Part shown: in pieces, positions 52,438 through 61,521 of the stretch
Numbering within the stretch: the stretch's first letter is position 1
Layout: each line of letters opens with the position of its first letter
DNA from: Promethearchaeota archaeon
GTDB taxonomy: Archaea; Asgardarchaeota; Lokiarchaeia; Sigyniarchaeales; SOKP01
Length of the DNA stretch: 64,000 nt
Assembly (NCBI GenBank): GCA_016839555.1
Contig: JAEOUA010000012.1
Location: 96,001 to 160,000 of the forward strand
Reading direction: 5' to 3'
Notes under the pieces: generated by a model
Told to the model about the DNA's origin: nothing
The model's database searches: none
The model's input: the letters and a program-made list of their open reading frames with translations, nothing else
Program-made: the position numbers and the translations under genes

Positions 52438-53593
52438 ATCTCCTTCTATAAAAAAAAATAAATGTGAAAATATTTAATATTAGACTTACTGCAAGTAGCA
52501 TATAAAAATGGAATCCAAAAACTGAAACTCCTTTTGTAAGAATTGATTGTATCATTGGACCACCGTGAGATAGAGGTAAAATATATGAAATTGCTTGAAG
52601 ATAAATGGGCATACTCTCTATTGGTACAAATGATCCAGATAACAAAATAATAATAACAAAGGAGGCCAAAAATAACTGGTTTGCCTCGGTTTTGGTCTTA
52701 CTTACGGAACTAATGAATGTCCCAATGCTTAAACCGCTATATCCAATCATATATATAGCTAAGAATAAATTTATTATTGTTCCTTTAACGAATAAACCAC
52801 CAAACAAGGCGGCAAGGACTATTCCTAGCTCTTGGATAAATAAAATAATCGAAAATGTTAGGAATTTCGCGAAAAGTATTTCTTTTCTCTTTATGGGTGT
52901 TAATAAGAGTCTCGGAATAGGTTTTTCTTTTACTATAATCAATATCGTTAAGACATTCGCAATACCAAATACCATTAGAGGAAGCATAACAACTAATGTT
53001 GAATTGAAGCCCTCATTGTATTCTTTGGGAATTGAAAATGGAGTAAAAGCATTAAGTTTTACTTGAGGGGTCAAATTATTATCATTAGTAAAAATTTTAA
53101 TTGAATCATATACTGCATTAAGATTATTTTGAATATCTGTAATTCGAGATGAATCGGGGATACAATTAATCAACCCCGGAAGCCCATTTACGAGCATTTC
53201 AGTAAAATCCACGGGTATTACAATTATACATTTTATTTCAGAATATAATAGTTGTTGTCTTGCTAATTCCATAGCATAAGGATACTTACTCGTATTATAA
53301 ATAGCTTTTGGAAATAAGTAAAAGGATTTAATTACAGCATCAATATAAGGTTTCGTATAATTATCAACTGCTATTTCCGTAAAATTATTCGGATTTATAT
53401 AAGCGTTGGAATCATTAGAGACAATAGCAACCGGTAATGGGGAAAAAGTAACTTTTTCTTGCTCCATTGATGAAAGCAATATAATTATACCCGGAGGTAA
53501 TAAAAGAGCTATTATTATATTCCAAGGATCTGTTCTTATTAATCTGAATTCTTTTTTAATCATTTTAAAAAATCTATAGGAACTATGTTTCAT
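52427..53593 (-). CDS. ABC-2 type permease
   Basis: KKEFRLIRTD, extracellular loop, RLLLTP, LLSGSFVPIESMP..LPLSH. Confidence 0.9.
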   Translation of the reverse strand: MKHSSYRFFKMIKKEFRLIRTDPWNIIIALLLPPGIIILLSSMEQEKVTFSPLPVAIVSNDSNAYINPNNFTEIAVDNYTKPYIDAVIKSFYLFPKAIYNTSKYPYAMELARQQLLYSEIKCIIVIPVDFTEMLVNGLPGLINCIPDSSRITDIQNNLNAVYDSIKIFTNDNNLTPQVKLNAFTPFSIPKEYNEGFNSTLVVMLPLMVFGIANVLTILIIVKEKPIPRLLLTPIKRKEILFAKFLTFSIILFIQELGIVLAALFGGLFVKGTIINLFLAIYMIGYSGLSIGTFISSVSKTKTEANQLFLASFVIIILLSGSFVPIESMPIYLQAISYILPLSHGGPMIQSILTKGVSVFGFHFYMLLAVSLILNIFTFIFFYRRRYEV

Positions 53594-53659
53594 ATTCCTG
53601 AAAGTTTCCTTGGTTTTACGAATTAATTTCTCCTTTATCTCATTTATATCGGGGATAAA

Positions 53660-54814
53660 TTACACCTCCACTTTTTTAAATAAAAATATTATATACGATA
53701 AAATGAGATATACACTACTTAAAATTAATAAACCTAAAAATGCCATTAGATTTAATGGTAATCCCTTAAACGTAATATCGTAAATGAGGGGGATGGCATG
53801 AGCTAAGGGAAATATATATACAATTGCTCGCATAATAGTGGGCAATCCTTCTGGATCAATGTAAATACCAGAAAATAGCATGATTACCACGAAAAGGATC
53901 ATATATAATTGATTCGCTTGCTGTTCCGTACCACTAAGTGAAGATATAAACAAACCTATTGATACCCCTGCCAGCCCCACGCCAAGTAGGACTAAAAGCA
54001 ACTCAAATAAGGAACCAAGAGCATATAATCCAAATAACGCTGTGCCTATAAAAATTTCACCTGCTTGTAATACCATAATCAGAACATTCGCAATTAATTT
54101 ACTTAAGACAATGGAACCTTTTGAGGCAGGAGTAATTAACATTCTTGGTAATGGTTCATCAGATACTATTGAAAGACATGCTAAATTCATTGTTGTCCCA
54201 ATAATAATTAGGGGAATGGTTAATGGAAACGCATAATTTAGCGTTTGTTTTTCCCAAAAGGGGACTTCAAATTCTAAATAAGGTATAACAGCAGTTAAAT
54301 TCTCCGTTATCTCTATCTTTTGCCTAAAAGAAGCTATAGGTTCTTGCATTGCAACTTGAATGGCATCAGTAGCTTGTGAATCAGATCCATCAACAAAATA
54401 TGCGATATAACTTGAAGTTTTATTTTCAATGCTTTCAGAAAAATCTTCTGGTAATACTAAAAAGACATCAATTTCTTCATTTTGAAGTAAATCCATATTC
54501 TTTTCATATGCATATAAAAATAGCGCTCCAGATGAGCAAGGATAATAGCCTTGGAAGCCAAAGGAACCAAGGCCCTCTACAAAGACTTTGGCAAAATCAT
54601 CCTCATATTCGGAAGTATTAGAGGGGTAATTACCATAAGTAGGCATCTCATCTATCGAAATAATGCTCGCATTGAAAAATTTGGTAACACTTCCCCCCGT
54701 AGTTAATCCAAAAATAACAATTAAAATGATAGGAATTGAGAATAATAATATAAGGGAGCGCTTATCTGCTCTGATTCTCCCAAGTTCCTTTCGTACTAAG
54801 GTGCTGAGCTTCAT
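53660..54814 (-). CDS. ABC-2 type permease
   Basis: RKELGRIRAD, RMLITP, FSGIYID..LP..FPLAH. Confidence 0.9.
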   Translation of the reverse strand: MKLSTLVRKELGRIRADKRSLILLFSIPIILIVIFGLTTGGSVTKFFNASIISIDEMPTYGNYPSNTSEYEDDFAKVFVEGLGSFGFQGYYPCSSGALFLYAYEKNMDLLQNEEIDVFLVLPEDFSESIENKTSSYIAYFVDGSDSQATDAIQVAMQEPIASFRQKIEITENLTAVIPYLEFEVPFWEKQTLNYAFPLTIPLIIIGTTMNLACLSIVSDEPLPRMLITPASKGSIVLSKLIANVLIMVLQAGEIFIGTALFGLYALGSLFELLLVLLGVGLAGVSIGLFISSLSGTEQQANQLYMILFVVIMLFSGIYIDPEGLPTIMRAIVYIFPLAHAIPLIYDITFKGLPLNLMAFLGLLILSSVYLILSYIIFLFKKVEV

Positions 54815-54990
54815 ATTAGAATTAATAATTAATAATTAATAATAAAAGACAAATGATAAAAAATAAAAATTAATTTAATTATAAAATTCGAAATTAAAAA
54901 TTTTGTCTTCTCTTATTCCACACTCATATTTCAAATATTTAATTGAAATTCCATTTCTATTATATAAAAAACCTAGAAAGATACTCTTAA

Positions 54991-56121
54991 TTATAGAATG
55001 GACTTTCTATTCTGAAATTTATGAAGTCTCTTTAAAGCTTCTAATTTTTCTTGCTTTTCTAAACGAGACTGATCAATGGCATCTTTTAATATTTGTGCGC
55101 ATTTTTCCATTCTTTGTAGATTAACCGGATAAGGGATACCATCTTTTCCTCCTACTGCATAGCTATATTTTGCTGGATCCTTCCAACTTGGAGCTTCTCC
55201 CCAAATAAATTCTGAGATTAAAGCTAAGGCCCTAATCATTCCAGGTCCTAAACCTTCAATTTTCAATAAATCAGTATAGTCGTTTAATCCGATTTGCTTT
55301 GCCATATCAACGCTTTCCCATTTTAGAGTGAAAGGAATTGGCATATCGAGACGAGGAATCTTTTTTACCTTAATTGCTTTTTCTGGCATAGCAAAATCAT
55401 AAAGGCTTTTTTGTGAAGTGTCTTTTAACCTATGGAGATATCTTTTAATTCTCTTCGCTCCTTCATTAATTAAATCTAGAGACACCTTTCGAGATTCATG
55501 ACTTTTGGAACTTACCATATCCAAAACTTTATTTTTATAGACTTCTGTTGTAATATCTTTATGAGGATCATCAATAAAACTCTTAAGTCCTGAATGCCAA
55601 TGATATCTTCTCGCTTTCTTAATAGTTCCATCAAGACCTTGTTGAACAATCCCCCATTTATCTTCCGAAACAATCATGAGGTGATGGTATAATGAAAAGC
55701 CATCTTGCAGAGCAACATTATCAATCTTAGCAACTAATCGACTAATTTCGGCCAAATCATTCACATTATCTTCATTATAATCTAAAATATTAGCATTTTT
55801 ATTTAGATGCTCCCTAACTTTTGTAGCATTTTTCCCTTTTCCACCCGCTATAATTAATCCATGCTCCTTAGGCTTTATTATTTGCTTGAGAATACCTCCC
55901 AATACCGTTGTGCATCCGCTTGAATGCCAATCAAAGCCTAAAATACACGCTAGCCCTTGAAACCAATAAGTGTCAGATAAGCGCTTAATAATTCCATTGG
56001 GCCCCTCAAAATCATATAAGATATCAAAAATAGGTTTTCCTAAGGATATCATCCTCCTCAATAACCAGTGAGGCGCCTTAGAGCTATGTAATGGAAGCGT
56101 TGCTATCCCTACTTTACTCAT
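54991..56121 (-). CDS. DUF763 domain protein
   Basis: LPLH..KAP.WL, GFDWHSSG.TT, QDGFSLYHH, ARRYHW, YAVGGKDG.PYPV. Confidence 0.88.
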   Translation of the reverse strand: MSKVGIATLPLHSSKAPHWLLRRMISLGKPIFDILYDFEGPNGIIKRLSDTYWFQGLACILGFDWHSSGCTTVLGGILKQIIKPKEHGLIIAGGKGKNATKVREHLNKNANILDYNEDNVNDLAEISRLVAKIDNVALQDGFSLYHHLMIVSEDKWGIVQQGLDGTIKKARRYHWHSGLKSFIDDPHKDITTEVYKNKVLDMVSSKSHESRKVSLDLINEGAKRIKRYLHRLKDTSQKSLYDFAMPEKAIKVKKIPRLDMPIPFTLKWESVDMAKQIGLNDYTDLLKIEGLGPGMIRALALISEFIWGEAPSWKDPAKYSYAVGGKDGIPYPVNLQRMEKCAQILKDAIDQSRLEKQEKLEALKRLHKFQNRKSIL

Positions 56122-56333
56122 AATAATATACTAAAACAAGCTTTTATTTACTATAATTTTTTATTAATCCAAATTATAATAGCCTATAAAAGTATTAAAA
56201 AGCCCAGATACTAAGGAATTTGTAATTTACCTTCATTTTTATGTTTTTTAGAAATTTATTTAAGTTATATTAAAATACTTAAGTATTGAAATCAATTTTT
56301 TTTGATTTAAAAAAAATCAAATGGGATGAATTT

Positions 56334-56750
56334 ATGGTACATATAGAAAGAAAGATAGAAATTAACGCACCTGTAAATGGAGTGTTTGATATTTTGGATG
56401 AGCCCGAGAAATTTGCCATTTGGAATATTACAGTAAATTCTGTTGACATAATTGAGCCTAAGAAGTCAGGATTTGTCAAATCTACTGTTGGAGATTTTAC
56501 ATCCACTAGATATGAGGTTGTTAAAAATGATAGAATATTTTATAATATAGAAGGTGGTGTCTTTGATAAAATGGGATATTCATTGAAAATAAAGGGAGAT
56601 GGAACTGAAGCAACCCTCTGGGCAGAATTTAAGGATGAGAGCAAAGAGAAAATGCTCCTGAAAGCTGGGGAAATACTATTAGATTGTCTCAAGAAATATG
56701 CCGAGTTTTTAGAAAGCGGTGGAAATCCTGCAGAGTATAAAAAAAAATAA
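56334..56750 (+). CDS. SRPBCC/START-like family protein
   Basis: IEINAPVNGVFDIL, WNITVN, LKKYAEFLESGG; ATG at 56334 preferred. Confidence 0.78.
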   Translation: MVHIERKIEINAPVNGVFDILDEPEKFAIWNITVNSVDIIEPKKSGFVKSTVGDFTSTRYEVVKNDRIFYNIEGGVFDKMGYSLKIKGDGTEATLWAEFKDESKEKMLLKAGEILLDCLKKYAEFLESGGNPAEYKKK

Positions 56751-57129
56751 GGTTCTTGAATTCTGTGTAATTTTAAATCCTCTTTTTTTTATTTATTGAT
56801 AAAAAAAATTAAGCTTTTTCCTTTTCCAGTAGCTCATCAATACTAAAATTCCTATCACTAAAATTGCTATTATTAATTAGTAATTTTAAATTTCTATATT
56901 TCTAAGAAATTTTTAAACCTCTTTATTCATATAACTTCATTTTTTATAGATAAAAATAAATTTAATTCAAAATTAGTATTTTTTATTTTTAACTTTAATT
57001 ATAATCTAAAAAAAGGAGATAAGCAGATTTTAAATTAAAATGCAATAATAATATTTTTAGGATTTTTATAATTATCTTTATGAGATTAGATTATAAACAA
57101 ATAATAATAGTATTTATGTCGGTGAATAT

Positions 57130-58074
57130 ATGGATTTTTTTACACATTTAGTTATTGGAGCACTTGTATATGCGATTTTCTTCAAGGGAATTACCTGGAA
57201 TTACTTATTTTATGCAATTTTTTTCGCAATTTTACCTGATTTAGATATTTTCCTTTCCCCTTTAAAACGGAAATTCAAATCTGTTTATCTTGAGCATCGT
57301 TCGGGTTCCCATTCTTATGTTATAGGGACTATTGCATCCGCATTAATAGGTGGTATATATTCTCTTTTCACAAACCAGTCATTTTTGATTATTTGGATGA
57401 TTGGAACAATTTTTTATGGAATTCATGTATCTCTTGATTTACTCACGACTACAAAAATCCCCTGTTTTTATCCCTTTTCCAAGAAGGAATTTTGTTTTTA
57501 TGCGGAAAAGGCTGGGAGCTCATTTACTTTAATAATTTCTTTGATCTTTCTAGTAAATATAGCAATAGTATATTTTAATAGCCCAAATAAATCAACTTCC
57601 TTTTTAGTAATTAATATCTATACTTATTTTTTCCTAATTTACTATCTCTATCGGATAATAACAAAATTCTGGATTGATCATCATTTAAATGAAGATCAGA
57701 AATACATTCCGGGAATTTTACCCATTTATTTCTATATTTTTGAAAAAAAGATAATTGACAATACATTATCATTTTCTCTTAAGAAAAAGTCTCATTTTTC
57801 ACGAACTAAATTAATTTATAAGAATAATTCAAACTTAACACCTCAGGAAATGATGCTTTTCTCAAGAGGAATGGAACTCTGTTCAGAAGATTATTATTTG
57901 GCAAAATGGACTGCATTTCCAGAATTTTTAAGAATGGATGGTATATTTTCTATTAAATTTTTCTTCTTAGAACCTATGACTCGCTTAAAAGCGATGTATC
58001 TTCAAATTGATTTTGATGTAGATACTGGACAGATATATAGTTTAAATCAAAAGTTTGGACCAATTAAAACATGA
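57130..58074 (+). CDS. Membrane-bound metal-dependent hydrolase (YdjM-like)
   Basis: MDFFTH, LPDLD, HRSGSHS, HVSLDLLT. Confidence 0.85.
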   Translation: MDFFTHLVIGALVYAIFFKGITWNYLFYAIFFAILPDLDIFLSPLKRKFKSVYLEHRSGSHSYVIGTIASALIGGIYSLFTNQSFLIIWMIGTIFYGIHVSLDLLTTTKIPCFYPFSKKEFCFYAEKAGSSFTLIISLIFLVNIAIVYFNSPNKSTSFLVINIYTYFFLIYYLYRIITKFWIDHHLNEDQKYIPGILPIYFYIFEKKIIDNTLSFSLKKKSHFSRTKLIYKNNSNLTPQEMMLFSRGMELCSEDYYLAKWTAFPEFLRMDGIFSIKFFFLEPMTRLKAMYLQIDFDVDTGQIYSLNQKFGPIKT

Positions 58075-58108
58075 TTTTTCTTTCAGAATTTCCTTCTAAT
58101 CATTATTA

Positions 58109-58237
58109 TTATGTTGCTAAGACATGTTTTTTTAAATTATATTTTTCCACTAGATATTTATAAAACCCAAATATTTTTTTCAAATTTAATGCCCCTAACT
58201 TCTCAATATGGATGTCAAAATCAAGATTTTCTTCCAT
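58109..58237 (-). pseudogene. Truncated 5' gene fragment after the Trp leader (possibly trpE-like)
   Basis: MEENLDFDIHIEKLGALNLKKIFGFYKYLVEKYNLKKHVLAT then stacked stops; shares DFDI(H/N)IEK with the gene start behind the trpA fragment. Confidence 0.45.
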
Positions 58238-58373
58238 TCTTTTTCATTCATTTCTTTTTTTCCTTAATTTTTATTAAAATTAATACAATCTCTTGTTTTA
58301 TAGATTAAAATTATAAAAAATATAACAGAAAATTATTCAATATAAAAATTCATAATTAGCCATTGCACACGTT

Positions 58374-58427
58374 CTATTCGTGCCAACGCCAAGCCCAAAA
58401 CCAAGTTTCGTTAAAAAAATAGGTCAT
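58374..58427 (-). CDS. Putative Trp attenuation leader peptide MTYFFNETWFWAWRWHE (17 aa)
   Basis: Four TGG codons within seven codons; local GC spike; hairpin spans the last Trp codons with the stop in its loop. Confidence 0.75.
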   Translation of the reverse strand: MTYFFNETWFWAWRWHE

Positions 58428-58752
58428 TTTTTTTATTGAAATATTATATCATATTCTTGGTTTGTTTATTCTATGGAATAAAGGTAGCTTGAATTGATAT
58501 TTTATTAAATAATAACAATTTTAGTTGATGATGATTTTTTAAAATGTGATTACAATTATCAATTAAATTAAAATCAAAGATTTACAAAAAGAATGCAAAT
58601 AATTAAATAAATTCTTTATTATATATGAAGAAATCTTAAATTTAAATATCCAAAGGAACTTTATGCGAACTCTAGAGTTCATAGTTAAAAATTGAACTAC
58701 TAAAACTGTTTTTACATAAAATTAAAATATAGAAATATGAGGTGATAAATGA

Positions 58753-59427
58753 ATGTCTTATGTATATATGAAAGCTTTGGAAAATAAAGCCGAAAAATAT
58801 GATAAAGGAATAAAACTGTTAACATTAGGTAAGTTGCCTAAAATTAAGCAAGAGATTGTTGATAATTACATTGAAAAAAATAATATTTTATTAGATATAG
58901 GTATGGGAACGGGAACATTTACAATTTTATGTGCTAAAAAAGGAGCTCAAGTGACAGGTATTGATTTCTCAGAAAAAATGCTTGAAATAGCGAATAGACA
59001 CATAAAAGATGAAGAATTAAATGGAACAATTAATATTATTAAAATGCCTATTGTTAATTTAGATAAACAATTTTCAGATAATTCATTTGACAAAATTACG
59101 TCGATTTTGTGTTTTAGCGAATTATATCAAAAAGAACAAGATTATGCTTTAGATCAAATTGCGAGGATACTGAAGGATAATGGCGAATTTATTTTAGTTG
59201 ATGAGGTCAAACCTAAGAATATATTGAAAAAGATACTATATTTTATGATACGAATACCAATTTCACTCATAAATTTTCTAAAAGCTCATATTTCTACTAA
59301 ACCATTAAAAAATTTTGAGGAAAAAATTAGTGAACATAATTTTCAGGTAATAGAAGAAAAATTATACTTACTTGACACATTAAAACTTATACGAATAAAA
59401 AAAAATTTAGCTAATAAGGAGGATTAG
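58753..59427 (+). CDS. Class I SAM methyltransferase, corrinoid-protein-associated (CpaM-like)
   Basis: MSYVYMKALE..KYDKGIKLLTLG N-terminus, LDIGMGTG; abuts the HgcAB-like gene. Confidence 0.8.
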   Translation: MSYVYMKALENKAEKYDKGIKLLTLGKLPKIKQEIVDNYIEKNNILLDIGMGTGTFTILCAKKGAQVTGIDFSEKMLEIANRHIKDEELNGTINIIKMPIVNLDKQFSDNSFDKITSILCFSELYQKEQDYALDQIARILKDNGEFILVDEVKPKNILKKILYFMIRIPISLINFLKAHISTKPLKNFEEKISEHNFQVIEEKLYLLDTLKLIRIKKNLANKED

Positions 59428-59429
59428 AA

Positions 59430-60521
59430 TTGAGTTTAAAATCAACATTAAAGTTATTTCTAGCATATTTTTTTCGCTTTGTTGGCTTTCCCGTTGAGCC
59501 AGAGTTAAGGAAAATTGGGAATCCCAATCAGCACAGTCCCGTTCTAGTTACTGCAAATTTTAATTTAACAGTAAAAAGACTGTTAAAGAAATTGAAGGGA
59601 TTAGATTGTTATCTTCTAATTGCCCCTTCGAATGGAATAAATGTGTGGTGTGGAGCGTGCGGAGGTGATTTTACTACAGATTCCGTAATCTCGATTATTA
59701 AAACAAGTGGGATAGATCAGCTTGTTTCTCACCGAACATTAATTCTACCTCAATTAAGCGCTTCAGGTATTGATCCTACAATCTTAAAAAAAGAATTAGG
59801 TTGGGATGCAAAATTTGGAACTGTATATGCAAAGGATATTAAAGAATATTTTAAAAATAATTTTAAAAAAACAGACACTCAGAGGAGGATACGATTTCCT
59901 TTAAAAAAAAGACTTGAAATGGCGAATGCATATTATTTCATCTTACTCATACTATTCTCAATCCCATATTGGATTTTTGCAATATTTTTCTCAAGTTTAG
60001 ATTGGATACTTTATTTAGATACACTATTAATCGGTTTTATTATCGTATATGGCTCTCTTGCCATATTACCGAGCATCCCCTCTAACTCAGGGAAAGCAAA
60101 AGTATTGATATTTGGAGCTGGAATCCTTATCCTTATAGTTCTCTTATATATGTTTGTTTATAACAATTTATTTTATTTAATTTGGAATATTATTACTGTC
60201 TTATTTGTAACCCTCGTTATGGCAGAAGATTTTCATGGAATAACACCAATATATAAGAGTGATCTAGGAGAGAAATCGTGGAAAAAGGGAAAAAATAAGA
60301 TGAAGATGATTTTCGGGACATTTAAACTTCAACCTTATGGAGATCTCAAATTAATTAGGGAAGAATGTATTGGCTGCAAAGTATGTATAGATGTTTGTCC
60401 AAGGGAAGTCTATATGTTTAATGAGATAGACAAAAAAGTTGATATAAATAACCCAAATAGATGTATTAATTGCAATGCATGTATTAAGCGATGTTTAGCT
60501 CAATGTCTTAAAATTGTTTAA
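59430..60521 (+). CDS. HgcAB-like fusion (corrinoid domain + TM helices + 2x[4Fe-4S] ferredoxin)
   Basis: SPVLVTANFNLT, GINVWCGACGG, LILPQLSASG; CIGCKVCIDVCP, CINCNACIKRC. Confidence 0.85.
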   Translation: MSLKSTLKLFLAYFFRFVGFPVEPELRKIGNPNQHSPVLVTANFNLTVKRLLKKLKGLDCYLLIAPSNGINVWCGACGGDFTTDSVISIIKTSGIDQLVSHRTLILPQLSASGIDPTILKKELGWDAKFGTVYAKDIKEYFKNNFKKTDTQRRIRFPLKKRLEMANAYYFILLILFSIPYWIFAIFFSSLDWILYLDTLLIGFIIVYGSLAILPSIPSNSGKAKVLIFGAGILILIVLLYMFVYNNLFYLIWNIITVLFVTLVMAEDFHGITPIYKSDLGEKSWKKGKNKMKMIFGTFKLQPYGDLKLIREECIGCKVCIDVCPREVYMFNEIDKKVDINNPNRCINCNACIKRCLAQCLKIV

Positions 60522-60619
60522 ATTATAATGTATCTGATATTCTAATAGTATTAAATTCATAAAACTTTTAATATAGAAAACAATTAAGATTTTTTCTATA
60601 TTTATATCAAAATCCATAA

Positions 60620-60865
60620 CTAATTCTCCTTCTTTATAGTAGTTTTTATACGAAAAACAAATTTTACCATTTTAATTTCCATTTTTTGGAAATCTTTTAA
60701 ATTTTCCTTAATAATATGAACCATAGCAGAGCCTATAATAACTCCATTAGCTCCCGTGCTTATTATCGTGCGTGCATGTTCGGGTTTTGAACTACCAAAA
60801 CCAATAAATATAAGTAATTTCTCTTGAATCTTATGTTTAATTCTCTGAATAATAAAGGGTTGAAA
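60620..60865 (-). pseudogene. trpA: Tryptophan synthase alpha C-terminal fragment
   Basis: Start-less frame ..IQRIKHKIQEKLLIFIGFGSSKPEHARTIISTGANGVIIGSAMVHIIKENL..* matches the TrpA GFGI..PE..ADGVIVGSA pattern with decay substitutions. Confidence 0.8.
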
Positions 60866-60866
60866 A

Positions 60867-61448
60867 CTATCCCAATTTATATATTTTCCAATAACTCATT
60901 AAAACTAATAAATAATGAATTACTATGCAGAAAATTAATCCCAAATGAAACAAAATAAATGCATTTAAGAGCCCTAGAAGAAAAGTATAAACCAGATAGA
61001 CACATACAATTTTTATATCTTTAAGGACAAACCATATATAAATATGATATATAGAAAAAATAATACTTGATAAAATAATTACATTTATCATTTCTAAATA
61101 TTGAATTAATGCTCCTGCTATGTAAAATCTGAAAATCATTTCATCTATTATCATTGATAATAAAAAACTTCTATAAAGTGCTTTATAGTTCTTATTAATA
61201 AAGGCTTTAACAACCTCATGCTTCTTCATCTTTTCAAAGTGCTGAGTCTTAAAAAAAGGCGTTAAAAATAAGATTCCAAAGATAAGAAGAAATATTATCC
61301 CTAAAATAATTATAATAAGATCCACTAATGAAATATTGCTGGGAAAAATAAACTCTTTATTAAATCCAAAAATAAGAGGGATTATTAAAATAATAACAAT
61401 TATAAGCTTAATTCTATAATCTAGGTTGATATTATCTGACTCGCTCAA
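60867..61448 (-). CDS. CPBP (CAAX prenyl protease/Abi) family intramembrane protease
   Basis: DEMIFR (EExxxR variant), FSIYH, IVIH; multi-TM. Confidence 0.75.
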   Translation of the reverse strand: MSESDNINLDYRIKLIIVIILIIPLIFGFNKEFIFPSNISLVDLIIIILGIIFLLIFGILFLTPFFKTQHFEKMKKHEVVKAFINKNYKALYRSFLLSMIIDEMIFRFYIAGALIQYLEMINVIILSSIIFSIYHIYIWFVLKDIKIVCVYLVYTFLLGLLNAFILFHLGLIFCIVIHYLLVLMSYWKIYKLG

Positions 61449-61521
61449 GGTTTTATCTTATAGTTTATATGAAATCAATAGTAGAACTATTATATATCTA
61501 AATATCTTATTATAATTTAAT

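Noticed and set aside
58111-58308. 65-aa + strand ORF in the track
   Set aside because: Antisense shadow of the minus-strand truncated gene behind the Trp leader
59430-60521. Calling this a bona fide mercury methylase hgcA/hgcB
   Set aside because: Fused architecture, non-canonical cap helix and missing HgcB terminal cysteines
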